Positions 12,628 to 27,000 of a DNA stretch of 64,000 nucleotides are shown piece after piece (within the stretch, counting starts at the first letter, position 1; the number at the start of each line of letters is the position of its first letter). The translations under genes and the position numbers were made by a program. Source of the stretch: Macrostomum hystrix (Eukaryota > Animalia > Platyhelminthes). The stretch lies in contig CATNEN010000003.1 of the NCBI GenBank assembly GCA_950097015.1, forward strand, positions 15,376,001 to 15,440,000, written 5' to 3'. Under the pieces are notes generated by a model, which was given only the letters and a program-made list of their open reading frames with translations, did not search any database and was not told the DNA's origin.

Positions 12628-15600
12628 TTACAGCCAGGTGATCAATGGCACCAGAGAGGCGCTGGTAATCCTACCAACTGGGAAGTCGAGGCTGACATCT
12701 TCAAGGAATCTCATTGGGAACTGCACCAGGAAGCCGCGAACTTCGCCCTCCAGCTGCTGCAGAGCCAGCTCGCGATTGGTTGAGGCCAGGCCGGGCTCCG
12801 AGCTCCACTGCTTCAGCTGGCGATAATTGGCTACCCGATCGGTGGGATAGCAGCGGAACACTTCCTCGTAGATCTCGGTATTCTTTCTGGCTGTCAGGCG
12901 CCACAGACCGTTGAATAGGGCTTCACCGACCGGATCGGCCAGTAAGCGATCTTTGGGATCGTTCCACTGAACGCCCAGGTGTTCTCGCATGATGCAGCGA
13001 CGCAGGGAACCGCAGAAGGCGCCAGTCATCACGCGGCCGCAGCCCTGCCATTCGGCCGGCACCAGATCCGAGCCTGTGTCTTCGAACCTGACTGCCAGCT
13101 CCGAGTCTCTGTAGCCCAACAGCGACCGATCGTTGATGTTAGCCGAGCCAATAATGGCTATTCTATCGTCGACAATTAGTAGTTTGCTGTGCACATAGAT
13201 CAGCTCTGTGCTGAGACCGCCGCTGCGCAGCTGGCCCCAGGTGCGCATGGAACACACGGACAGGTAGTCGTCAATACGTACTCCGGCTTGGGTTAGTCGC
13301 GCAACCACCGAGTGCTCCGAGCGGCACAAACACTCGTAGGTGTGATGCAGGATCTTCTTGATACTCTCGCCGCTGCTGCCACTCTCCACAATGTCGCCTT
13401 CGAACTGCGGCAGCAGCGGCAGCACCAGGTATGCTCTGAACACCCGGCCCTCACCGTGAGCGCGCAGGATTCGATCAACCAGGCGACTGGCAACAGGGTT
13501 CTGGACCGGCCACTTGCCCCGGCCCAAACTCTCGTCCGGGCAGCTAATAAAGAATTGGTTCTCAATGTAGACATAATGCTCAGCGCTGTCTATTGCGTGG
13601 CACATAGCTCTGAGAATGGACGTCTCTGGTTCTTCAACGCCGCCCGACCACATGCCAAGGCTGCGCAAGACGGTGACTCGGTTGGCAAACTTCGGAGCGA
13701 TGCTCTTGAAAGGCAGCGGTCTTGGACGCGGTGGACTCTGGTCCATTGGCGCCGGCGCAACTTCCTGATGATGGTGGTGGTGATGCCTGTCTAGAAAGCT
13801 TCTGAGATTCCAGCTGGTCGAATGTGGCGGCTGCGGCTTCTGGCGGCTCCTAGTTTGATCGCTTGCTGCCTTCTCATCGTCCTGGTCCAGCTCGCTGTTG
13901 TCTGGCATTGGACACTCCGCCTTCAGAGACTTCGGTATGAGCAGCGGAGGCCGGTTGCCACTCCGACGGCGTCCTCCGGTGACAACGCCGGACGCCTTGT
14001 TCTTGACGGTGAAGTTCCAGCGTTCGATGAAGTGCCGCGCCAGATCTCTGGCTGCGTTGCCGCCGACAACGCAGCCAATATCGTGCCACGGCATTCGGGG
14101 CACGCGATTGCGGTCCACCAGATCTGCGGAATGTTTGTCGAATGCGGAGTGAAGACGTGGTACAGATCGAGCTACGTATGATCACACCCATGAGGGGCCA
14201 AACTCCCGCCTCGCTACATTTCATGACACCCATGAGGGGCCAAACTCCCGCCCCGCTACATTTCATGACACCCATGAGGGCCAACCTCCCACCCCGCTAC
14301 GTTTCATGACACCCATGAGGGCCAACCTCCCACCCGCTACGTTTCATGACACCCATGAGGGCCAACCTCCCACCCGCTACGTTTCATGACACCCATAAGG
14401 GGCCAAACTCCCGCCCCGCTACGTTTCATGACACCCATGAGGGCCAACCTCCCACCCGCTACGTTTCATGACACCCATAAGGGGCCAAACTCCCGCCCCG
14501 CTACGTTTCATGACACCCATGAGGGCCAACCTCCCACCCCGCTACGTTTCATGACACACATGAGGGCCAAACTCCCGCCCCGCTACGTTTCATGACACCC
14601 ATGAGGGCCAAACTCCCACCCCGCTACGTTTCATGACACCCATGAGGGCCAAACTCCCACCCCGCTACGTTTCATGACACACATGAGGGCCAACCTCCCA
14701 CCCCGCTACGTTTCATGACACCCATGAGGGCCAAACTCCCGCCCCGCTACGTTTCATGACACCCATGAGGGCCAACCTCCCACCCCGCTACGTTTCATGA
14801 CACCCATGAGGGCCAAACTCCCACCCCGCTACGTTTCATGACACACATGAGGGCCAACCTCCCACCCGCTACGTTTCATGACACCCATAAGGGGCCAAAC
14901 TCCCGCCCCGCTACGTTTCATGACACCCATGAGGGCCAACCTCCCACCCCGCTACGTTTCATGACACCCATGAGGGGCCAACCTCCCACCCCGCTACGTT
15001 TCATGACACCCATGAGGGGCAGAGCGAGTGATTATTTCCCAGCAGCACTACTCAAACAAGTAGACTAAAGGGAAAGTCTTTATTCACCTTCATCTGGTCT
15101 GTCCATTCTGACTGGCTCCTTTCTGAGCCAGTTTACATAGTCCTTGCCTTTCCACATCTGGATCTTGTCAACCTCGTCGGGTCGAATAGCAAAGTTTGGA
15201 TCCACATCCGCGCTAGAAAAATGAGAACGATTGGGATATTTTTATTGAGGATTCCCTTTTTTCAAAAAAAATGTTTACATTAAAAATCAATCAGGAACGT
15301 AGAAGCTCACACAGTTAGATTAAATTTTTTTCTTCGAATTCTATGAGCTCAGAGATTAATATATGTTGATATCACACGCACTTCACTCTCGTAAATGTCA
15401 AAACGAACAAAATAACACTGAAAATAAATATATCACATAATAGGAAACTGTCTAACTTCTGCACGCACTTGAAAACACCATGGTTACCTAGCTATCCGTT
15501 GTCGTCAGCAACCGGATTGTCCCGTTGCCAGGATGAATATACGAGTATTAGACAGTCAAAGCGCACGTTTTGAAATGCCTTGTATTGTCCTTGATCTTGC

Positions 15601-18600
15601 ATTGTTATTCTATATACCCCTTACTGTGATTGAGTAAGAGAGATATTTTAGATTGAGTATGAGGTCTGTTCTAACTATTGTTGAACAGATTTAGACGGCG
15701 TAAATGCATGTATGAGCATTGAACTAGATTGTTAACGTTTTTAGACTGTTTTTAGGGATAATAATATTCCTAAAATTTGAAATGTGATCAATCACGCCAA
15801 GCAGTTTATATATCTATACCATAACCCTGTTTAGCATTTGGTTTACTAGACTATGATCCCTATACATTCTTCTAGCTAGTTTTTGTAGGCCTGACGGGTA
15901 AGAAATGATTAGATAAAAAAGAGATGCACTCGTAATAACACTTAAAATATAGGAGATGAGATTTGAGATAGGGGAGATGAGATTGGAGAGAGTAGAGATG
16001 AGATTTGAGAGAGTAGAGATGAGATTTGAGATAGGAAAGATGAGATTGGAGAGAGTAGAGATGAGATTTTAGAGAGGAGAGATGAGATTTGAGATAGGAG
16101 AGATGAGATTGGAGAGAGTAGAGATGAGATTTTAGAGAGGAGAGATGAGATTGGAGAGAGGAGAGATGAGATTGGAGAGAGGAGAGATGAGATTGGAGAG
16201 AGGAAATATGAGATTTGAGAGATGAGATTTGAGAGAGAAAATATGAGATTTGAGATTGGAGAGATGAGATTGGAGAGAGGAGAGATGAGATTGGAGAGAG
16301 GAGAGATGAGATTGGAGAGAGGAGAGATGAGATTTGAGAGAGGAAATATGAGATTTGAGAGAGGAGACATGAGGTTAGAGAGAGAAAAGTAGGATGAGAT
16401 AGGAGAGTGTAGATTAATCAGAAAATATAGGAAAACTAGAGAGAGGAGACTAGAGATAGAGATAAAAATATGTCTGTCCGCTGAACATAAAAAACCAGGA
16501 TTGAAACATTTTTTCGCTCCAATAAATTCTAGTGATTCTAGACATTCAATTTTAAACTTGCAAGCTTCATTTGCTCAGAAAACTTTTTACTTAGAAAAAA
16601 ACCCTTTGGGTGCGAGACAGTCCAGTGATGAAGAAATCACTTTCCTGTTTTAAGTGCACGTGTACTTTTCCGGCTAGACTTCAATTTTCTAACAGAAAAT
16701 TTTTATTGGTTTAGTTTTAACTTTCACTGTAGACGCTTAGCAAATAATTGTGCGTGTGCTATTGTTCGGGGTTGTTGAAGAAGACATTTCAGCATTTTTC
16801 TGCATCCCTTATGAAGGTAGAAAAAATTAACACTGGGTTAAGGGTTGCCTATAGCAACGGTTTGTTAATAGCTGAATACAAGTTTTTTAATAGCCCTGGT
16901 TAGTGGAGGCAATCTTTTTAATTGCTATCGATTATAAAATATTTTTTAGATTGTGCTATTTTAAGATCATAATTTCGCTTGTCAGTGACTGACTGTGCCA
17001 TATATGAGCTGTTATTTTAATGAAGGGTATAATAATGACAGGGTGAGAGGATGGAAACGAGATGGTGAGAATGGGAGGGTGAGAATAGAAGGGTAAAATT
17101 GGGAGGGTAAGAATGGGAGGGTGAGAATGGAAGAGTGAGAATTGGAGGGTGAGAATGGAGGGCTTAAATAGGAGGGTAAGAATGGTGGTAAGAATGGGAG
17201 GGTGAGATTTGGAGGGTGAGAAATAGAGGGTGAGAAATAGAGGGTGAGAATTAGAGGGTGAGAATGGGAGGGAGAGAACGGGAGGTTGAGAATGGGAGGG
17301 TGAGAATGGGAGGGTGAGAATGAGAGGGTGAGAATGGGAGGGTGAGATTGGGAGGGTGAGAATGGGAGGGTGAGAATGGGAGGGTGAGAATGGGAGGGTG
17401 AGAATGGGAGGGTGAGATTTGGAGGGTGAGAATGGGAGGGTGAGAATGGGAGGGTGAGATTGGGAGGGTGAGATTGTGAGGTTGAGAATGGGAGGGTGAG
17501 ATTTGGAGGGTGAGAATGGGAGGGTGACAATTAGAGGGTGAGAATAAGAGGGTGAGATTGGGAGGGTGAGAATTAGAGGGGGGAGAATAAGAGGGTGAGA
17601 ATAAGAGGGTAAGAATGGCATGGCTAAGGCATTTAGAATGCATGAGATAGTTAAAGGAATTTTGTATAAGATGTGATCAGCCTGGCGTTCGGATCGGCAT
17701 TAAAAGCACAGATGAATCTGATTAAACTAGGAGAAAATTGTTAATCAGGTAAGGTACTATACTAAGATTTTTTATGGTCCTATGCGTTGTCATGACCACC
17801 ACCGTAAACATTGTGTGAGAGTACTGAATGATTGGCATAAGAAATAGCACACACACACACACACAATCACACACAGATAATAAACACAGCTTGAGTACGC
17901 ATACACTCTGTATGCTGTATGTACAGGGCTGACGGATAGGAATGGAAAATGAATGGTACAGAATCCACAGATGCAGTTTGTTAAGTTATCCCACAGTTTC
18001 ACAACCAAAGCTTCAACTACATTCTTCATTATCCCGATTCAATCGCAGTTTTAGACTGCTGCTGCTGCTGCTGCTGCTGCTGAAAATACTCACGTATACT
18101 CACTGGCCAATACTCACCTTGTCAATTGAAAACTGGAACAATAGCCAGGCAGCACACAAACTATATATGTTTACAAAGTGAGCAGCAGGAGCGAAAAACG
18201 ATATTTCTTTAAATTCAATGGCAGATACAACTTAACAGGAGAGAGAAGAGAGAGTACAGAGATAAGAGGTGAGTGTAGAGAGAGTGGATAGATAAGAGAT
18301 GAGAGAGGAGAGAGAGTGGACTGATAAAATGTGACAAACGAGAGAGAGAGAGAGAGAGAGTGGAGAGATAAGAGAGGAGAGAGGAGAGAGAGTGCAGAGA
18401 TAAGAGATGAGAGAGGCGAGACAGAGTGCAGAGATAAGAGAGGAGAGAGGACAGAGAGTGGAGAGATAAGAGATGGGAGAGGAGAGATAGTGCAGAGATA
18501 AGAGGTGAGAGAGGCGAGACAGGGTGGAGAGATAAGAGAGGAGAGAGGAGAGAGAGTAGAGAGATAAGAGAGGAGAGAGGAGAGAGAGTGGAGAGATAAG

Positions 18601-21043
18601 AGATGAGAGAGGAGAGACAGAGTGCAGAGATAAGAGGTGAGAGAGGCGAGAGTATGATATGAGAGAAAATATAGAAATGGGGGATAGAAAGATATAAGAG
18701 AGAAGATAAAAAAGAAGAGACAATGGAGAGAGGACAGAATAGAGATAGGAGAGAGGAGTGGAGAGAGGAGAAAGGATATGGACTGATAGTATTAGCAAAA
18801 AATAGATAAAGGAGCTTTTTTATCACGGGAATAAAAATATGAATGCATAAATTCCCGCTGAAACATCAACCACTCGTGAAAGTCGCGAGAGCAATATAAA
18901 ATTATGCTGATTGTTTATCAGACTACCAAATGTATGTTTCTTTAAAGCAATTCGTCATTAGCAACACTAGGCGATACTCATGAACTAGAAGCTGTAAGAA
19001 GCTGTCATTTTAATGTAGAATGATTGACATGTGACTAGTGTGGCACTATAATGCACTAATGCACGTTAAGTAGATAAAAATGTTGGGTGGGGAAAGGAAT
19101 GCATCTGATAGCCTTGTCCGAATTATGTCAGAACAATAACTCGACTGGCAATGACACTACCGAAAATTGCAAAACTAATGAAACGAGGTACTAAAGTCAG
19201 AATAGGTACAAAATAGTCACAAACCTAAGGCCAAGCTTCACCCACAAACCTTCCTGAATGCCAAGCTTCACCCACAAACCTTCCTGAAGGCCAAGCTTCA
19301 CCCACAAACCTTCCTGAAGGCCAAGCTTCACCCACAAACCTTCCTGAAGGCCAAGCTTCACCCACAAACCTTCCTGAAGGCCGAGCTTCACCCACAAACC
19401 TTCCTGAAGGCCAAGCTTCACCCACAAACCTTCCTGAAGGCCAAGCTTCACCCACAAACCTTACTGAAGGCCAAGCTTCACCCACAAACCTTCCTGAAGG
19501 CCAAGCTTAACCCACAAACCTTCCTGAAGGCCAAGCTTCACCCACAAACCTTCCTGAAGGCCAAGCTTCACCCACAAACCTTCCTGAAGGCCGAGCTTCA
19601 CCCACAAACCTTTCTGAAGGCCAAGCTTCACCCACAAACCTTCCTGAAGGCCAAGCTTCACCCACAAACCTTCCTGAAGGCCGAGCTTAACCCAGAAACC
19701 TTCCTGAAGGCCGAGCTTCACCCACAAACCTTCCTGAAGGCCAAGCTTCACCCACAAACCTTACTGAAGGCCAAGCTTCACCCACAAACCTTACTGAAGG
19801 CCAAGCTTCACCCACAAACCTTACTGAAGGCCAAGCTTCACCCACAAACCTTACTGAAGGCCAAGCTTCACCCACAAACCTTACTGAAGGCCGAGCTTCA
19901 CCCACAAACCTTCCTGAAGGCCGAGCTTCACCCACAAACCTTCCTGAAGGCCGAGCTTAACCCACAAACCTTCCTGAAGGCCAAGCTTAACCCACAAACC
20001 TTCCTGAAGGCCAAGCTTCACCCACAAACCTTCCTGAAGGCCAAGCTTCACCCACAAACCTTACTGAAGGCCGAGCTTCACCCACAAACCTTCCTGAAGG
20101 CCGAGCTTCACCCACAAACCTTCCTGAAGGCCAAGCTTCACCAACAAACCTTCCTGAAGGCCAAGCTTCACCCACAAACCTTACTGAAGGCCAAGCTTCA
20201 CCAACAAACCTTCCTGAAGGCCGAGCTTCACCCACAAACCTTCCTGAAGGCCAAGCTTCACCCACAAACCTTACTGAAGGCCAAGCTTCACCCACAAACC
20301 TTACTGAAGGCCGAGCTTCACCCACAAACCTTCCTGAAGGCCAAGCTTCACCCACAAACCTTACTGAAGGCCAAGCTTCACCCACAAGCCTTCCTGAAGG
20401 CCGAGCTTCACCCACAAACCTTCCTGAAGGCCGAGCTTCAACCACAAATTTTCCTGAAGGCCAAGCTTAACCCACAAACCTTCCTGAAGGCCAAGCTTCA
20501 CCCACAAACCTTCCTGAAGGCCAAGCTTCACCCACAAACCTTCCTGAAGGCCGAGCTTCACCCACAAACCTTCCTGAAGGCCAAGCTTCACCCACAAACC
20601 TTCCTGAAGGCCAAGCTTCACCCACAAACCTTACTGAAGGCCAAGCTTCACCCACAAACCTTCCTGAAGGCCAAGCTTAACCCACAAACCTTCCTGAAGG
20701 CCAAGCTTCACCCACAAACCTTCCTGAAGGCCAAGCTTCACCCACAAACCTGGAATCGAGCTCAAGGATTCCTGGGCTACATCACTACCAAAACTGTTGA
20801 TCAGCATCAAGACACTCACAGCATGGGCTTGACATCATCGCCTCGCCTGAGCCGCTCTCGAACGTCGCGAGTAACCCGACGCTTCTCCCGGTTGCTGCGC
20901 AGGAAATTACCCATCCGCTGCATCACTGGATCGTGATGTCGCACTTGAACCTGACCGTCGCGGAGGCGCTTAGCGTCGGACGCGTCGCCCCCGGCGCTTC
21001 GTCTGAGATCTGCTTCGTCCGGCGTTGCTTCTGTGTCCGATGT

Positions 21044-21076
<33 letters not shown>

Positions 21077-24000
21077 CGCACTGGCCTCGGAGCGAAGGTG
21101 CAGCTCGTAGGCGCGTCTCAGCGCCGCCGTCGGTTGAGTGGCGCTCAACTGGAAGGTGAAGTCAGTCGACGAGCCGATGATGTCGTCCTGAAACTCCGAC
21201 TGATGCTGATCGCCTCGCTGAAGCTGCTGCAGCTGTTGAGTCAGCGAGAAGAATCTGCGAACTCGTTCACGAGCGCCGTTGCTGTTTACCGCGGCAGCCG
21301 CCGCTGCTGCCGCCGCCGCTGCAGCCGCTGCCGCAGCCGCGGCTGTTGCAGCAACGACAGTCGCCTCGGTTTTAATGACGTTAGGCTCCTGGGAGTTCTC
21401 GTTGATTTTCTCCAACGCCGAAGCCATCGAAAGCGAGTGCTGCTGGTGCACTTGCGCTTTTGCGCTGCCTCTCTTATGGGCCGAAATGGCGTCGACGGTG
21501 GATTTGTGGTTGCCATGACGACGAGAAACGTAGCGCAAATCCGGCGTGGATTCGCCGGATTGGTTGGGCGACAAGTCGACGGGACTTCCAGCCTGCGAGT
21601 CCATCTCGAGGGCGAGGTTCTGGTGGATGGTGAAGGTTGGAATATGTTTTTAAGCATAAGATTTTAAGACTTCTGGCAAAGACGTGCTTAAAATTAGGAA
21701 AGAGACAAGCAATTAAAAGTCAGTGCCTTTTACAAACAACGAATTTTAAAACGCTTAAGTGATAAGGAATGTATAGAACTTTAGAAAAAAATGTAAATGC
21801 TTTGTGTGCCATCAACACATCAGGATTTTTTGCGCAAGATTGAGTGTATATTCTAACAGTTCTAGAAAATTTAGAAAGTAGTCGATAAAATTGATTTTTG
21901 TCGATTAAATCAGATCTATCCGACCCAACACAAGCCGACAGCAGACACTGACACCCACCAAACCCCGACACCCACCTCACTACGACACCCACCTCACTCC
22001 GATGCCCACCTCACTCCGATACCCACCTCACTCCGCGATACCCACCTCACTCCGATACCCTCCTAACTCCGATACCCACCACACCCAACACCCACCTCAC
22101 TCCGACACCCACCTCACTCCGATACCCACCTCACTACGTCACCCACCTAACTTCTACATCCAAGCTATTAGAATTCCTAAAAGGCACAATAAATTACGAA
22201 CTAGCTAAAGGTTTGAGAACGAAAGTGGATGTTTTTTTAAACAAATTTTGCTTCTATAGTCTTACGTTTGACTGCTCAGTTTGTATTTGAGCTGCTGGTT
22301 TGACCAGTAATTCCTGAAAGCAGAATTTTTTTACTTTAAGTGTAGGCAATAAACCTCGTAAACCGTAATTAACATTCGCCAACAACAAACTAAAGAGAAG
22401 CCAAGCCGAAGGATGCACAAAATAAAACAAAGAAAGAGAAAATGTAACATTGCTACTAAAATCTAAGCAATAAAAACAAATCTAATGGACTTTTGCACAA
22501 CAGGAAAGAAACGGACTCGCAGTTTTGCAGCCGAGTAGGATATATTAATTGGGAGGAGCTGCTGCTGCTGCTGCTGCTGCATCAATGTTGGCAGCGGTGG
22601 GGGCGCCACCACTTGGCCATCCTTCAGCTGCTTGTGCAGCCAAGCGGCACGACGAAAGTCTGTCCGACGTGACGTCACTGGCGAAGAGGACGACTGAGAC
22701 GAAAATGGATGGATGGTTTATCTCTATCTACTCTGATTTTTATTCTAGGGCTGAAATTACTAAATTGTAGCCTAAAATATGAAAACGTTGATGCTAATCC
22801 AAGGGATCTGTGAAGAGTGGAAGCTAATCCTGAGGATCTGGGAAGAGTGGAAGCTGATCCTGAGGATCTGGGAAGAGTGGAAGCTAATCCTGAGGATCTG
22901 GAAAAAGTGTCAGCTAATCCTGGGGATCTGGCAAGATTGAAGGCCTAAATCCTGAGGATCTGGGAAGAGTGGAAGCTGATCCTGAGGATCTGGGAAGAGT
23001 GGAAGCTGATCCTGAGGATCTGGGAAGAGTGGAAGCTGATCCTGAGGATCTGGGAAGAGTGGAAGCTGATCCTGAGGATCTAGGAAGAGTGGAAGCTGAT
23101 CCTGAGGATCTGGGAAAAGTGGAAGCTAATCCTGAGGATCTGGGAAAAGTGGAAGCTAATCCTGAGGATCTGGGAAGAGTGGAAGGTGATCCTGAGGATC
23201 TGGGAAGAGTGGAAGCTGATCCTGAGGATCTGGGAAGAGTGGAAGCTGATCCTGAGGATCTGGGAAGAGTGGAAGCTGATCCTGAGGATCTGGGAAAAGT
23301 GGAAGCTAATCCTGAGGATCTGGGAAGAGTGGAAGCTGATCCTGAGGATCTGGAAAAAGTGTCAGCTAATCCTGGGGATCTGGCAAGATTGAAGGCCTAA
23401 ATCCTGAGGATCTGGGAGGAGCGGAAGCTGATCCTGAGGATCTGGGAAGAGTGGAAGCTGATCCTGAGGATCTGGGAAGAGTGGAAGCTGATCCTGAGGA
23501 TCTGGGAAGAGTGGAAGCTGATCCTGAGGATCTGGGAAGAGTGGAAGCTGATCCTGAGGATCTGGAAAAAGTGTCAGCTAATCCTGAGGATCTGGAAAAA
23601 GTGTCAGCTAATCCTGGGGATCTGGCAAGATTGAAGGCCTAAATCCTGAGGATCTGGGAAGAGTGGAAGCTGATCCTGAGGATCTGGGAAGAGTGGAAGC
23701 TGATCCTGAGGATCTGGAAAAAGTGTCAGCTAATCCTGAGGATCTGGAAAAAGTGTCAGCTAATCCTGGGGATCTGGCAAGATTGAAGGCCTAAATCCTG
23801 AGGATCTGGGAAGAGTGGAAGCTGATCCTGAGGATCTGGGAAGAGTGGAAGCTGATCCTGAGGATCTGGAAAAAGTGTCAGCTAATCCTGAGGATCTGGA
23901 AAAAGTGTCAGCTAATCCTGGGGATCTGGCAAGATTGAAGGCCTAAATCCTGAGGATCTGGGAAGAGTGGAAGCTGATCCTGAGGATCTGGGAAGAGTGG

Positions 24001-27000
24001 AAGCTGATCCTGAGGATCTGGAAAAAGTGTCAGCTAATCCTGAGGATCTGGAAAAAGTGTCAGCTAATCCTGGGGATCTGGCAAGATTGAAGGCCTAAAT
24101 CCTGAGGATCTGGGAAAAGTGGAAGCTGATCCTGAGGATCTGGGAAGAGTGGAAGCTGATCCTGAGGATCTGGGAGGAGCGGAAGCTGATCCTGAGGATC
24201 TGGGAAAAGTGGAAGCTGATCCTGAGGATCTGGGAAGAGTGGAGGCTGATCCTGAGGATCTGGGAGGAGCGGAAGCTGATCCTGAGGATCTGGAAAAAGT
24301 GTCAGCTAATCCTGAGGATCTGGAAAAAGTGTCAGCTAATCCTGGGGATCTGGCAAGATTGAAGGCCTAAATCCTGAGGATCTGGGAAAAGTGGAAGCTG
24401 ATCCTGAGGATCTGGGAAGAGTGGAAGCTGATCCTGAGGATCTGGGAGGAGCGGAAGCTGATCCTGAGGATCTGGGAAAAGTGGAAGCTGATCCTGAGGA
24501 TCTGGGAAGAGTGGAGGCTGATCCTGAGGATCTGGGAGGAGCGGAAGCTGATCCTGAGGATCTGGGAAAAGTGGAAGCTGATCCTGAGGATCTGGGAAGA
24601 GTGGAGGCTGATCCTGAGGATCTGGGAAGAGTGGAAGCTGATCCTGAGGATCTGGGAAGAGTGGAGGCTGATCCTGAGGATCTGGGAAGAGTGGAAGGTG
24701 ATCCTGAGGATCTGGGAAAAGTGGAAGCTGATCCTGAGGATCTGGGAAGAGTGGAAGCTGATCCTGAGGATCTGGGAAAAGTGGAAGCTGATCCTGAGGA
24801 TCTGGGAAGAGTGGAGGCTAAGCCTTCCAATGAATATTTTGTCTGCAAAGGTATCTTAGATTCGCAAAAATGAAAAAAGACTTAACTGAGCCTATTTTTT
24901 AATATCAACTGCTTGCTAAATTGTTTTTTATAGATATCCCTTCCAGGCTAGGAAATGCGACTCATTCCAAAGCACTAGCCAGGACAAATTAGTGCATAAA
25001 TGTCTCATTTTCTCTTGCGTGGAATTCATAAATGCTTCTCTAACTTTATCTTCTCTTGCTGCCCCAGGCAAGTGATTATACTGCGATAGTATTATAGTAT
25101 TAAGTACACTATACTACACTGCTATTTTACTATATAGAATAGTCATACTTGCAAAGAATTCATTAGAGACAGGAAATAAGTGCTGCATTTCCTGACATAT
25201 TTAACCAAAGGTGCATGAGAACTGGCCTAACAATATGAAATGAACAAAATGAAGCATTATTTCAGTTACTTGGCTTTATAAATTCACTTCAGCGGCTAAA
25301 TTAGTTCGATCTATTATCACTTTAATATTTATCTCACTTTAATATAATATCTATCTACTCTCCTATCTCTATCTACTCGCCCTACCTCTATCTACTCTCC
25401 CAACTCTATCTACTCTCCCTACCTCTATCTACTCTCCCAACTCTATCTACTCTCCCTATCTCTATCTACTCTCCCTACCTCTATCTACTCTCCCAACTCT
25501 ATCTACTCTCCCTACCTCTATCTACTCTCCCAACTCTATCTACTCTCCCTATCTCTATCTACTCTCCCTACCTCTATCTACTCTCCCTACCTCTATCTAC
25601 TCTCCCTACCTCTATCTACTCTCCTATCTCTATCTACTCTCCCTACCTCTATCTACTCTCCCTACCTCTATCTACTCTCCCTACCTCTATCTAGTCTCCC
25701 TACCTCTATCTACTCTCCGTACCTCTATCTACTCTCCCTACCTCTATCTACTCTCCCTACCTCTATCTACTCTCCCTACCTCTATCTACTCTCCCTACCT
25801 CTATCTACTCTCCCTACCTCTATCTACTCTCCCTACCTCTATCTACTCTCCCTACCTCTATCTACTCTCCCTACCTCTATCTACTCTCAACTCTATCTAC
25901 TCTCCCTACCTCTATCTACTCGCCCTATCTCTATCTACTCTCCCTACCTCTATCTACTCTCAACTCTATCTACTCTCCCTACCTCTATCTACTCGCCCTA
26001 TCTCTATCTACTCTCCCTACCTCTATCTACTTGCCCTATCTCTATCTACTCTCCCTACCTCTATCTACTCTTCCTACCTCTATCTACTCTCTCAACTCTA
26101 TCTACTCTCTCAACTCTATCTACTCTCCCTACCTCTATCTACTCTCCCTACCTCTATCTGCTCACCCACCTCTATCTGCTCACCCACCTCTATCTGCTCA
26201 CCCACCTCTATCTACTCGCCCTATCTCTATCTACTCGCCCTATCTCTATCTACTCTCCCTACCTCTATCTACTCTCCCTACCTCTATCTGCTCACCCACC
26301 TCTATCTGCTCACCCACCTCTATCTGCTCACCCACCTTTATCTACTCGCCCTATCTCTATCTACTCGCCCTATCTCTATCTACTCGCCCTATCTCTATCT
26401 ACTCTCCCTACCTCTATCTACTCTCCCTACCTCTATCTACTCTCCCTATCTCTATCTACTCTCCCTATCTCTATCTACTCTCCCTATCTCTATCTACTCG
26501 CCCTATCTCTATCTACTCGCCCTATCTCTATCTACTCTCCCTATCTCTATCTACTCTCCCTATCTCTTTCTACTCGCCCTATCTCTATCTACTCTCCCTA
26601 TCTCTATCTACTCTCCCTATCTCTTTCTACTCGCCCTATCTCTATCTACTCGCCCTATCTCTATCTACTCGCCCTATCTCTATCTACTCGCCCTACCTCT
26701 ATCTACTCTCCCTATCTCTATCTACTCTCCCTATCTCTATCTACTCTCCCTATCTCTATCTACTCGCCCTATCTCTATCTACTCGCCCTATCTCTATCTA
26801 CTCGCCCTATCTCTATCTACTCTCCCTATCTCTATCTACTCTCCCTATCTCTTTCTACTCGCCCTATCTCTATCTACTCTCCCTATCTCTATCTACTCTC
26901 CCTATCTCTATCTACTCTCCCTATCTCTTTCTACTCGCCCTATCTCTATCTACTCGCCCTATCTCTATCTACTCGCCCTATCTCTATCTACTCGCCCTAT

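Noticed and set aside
19220-20750. CRISPR-like arrays of 30-35-bp partly palindromic repeats
   Set aside because: Units are head-to-tail with no unique spacers, there are no cas genes, and the context is eukaryotic.
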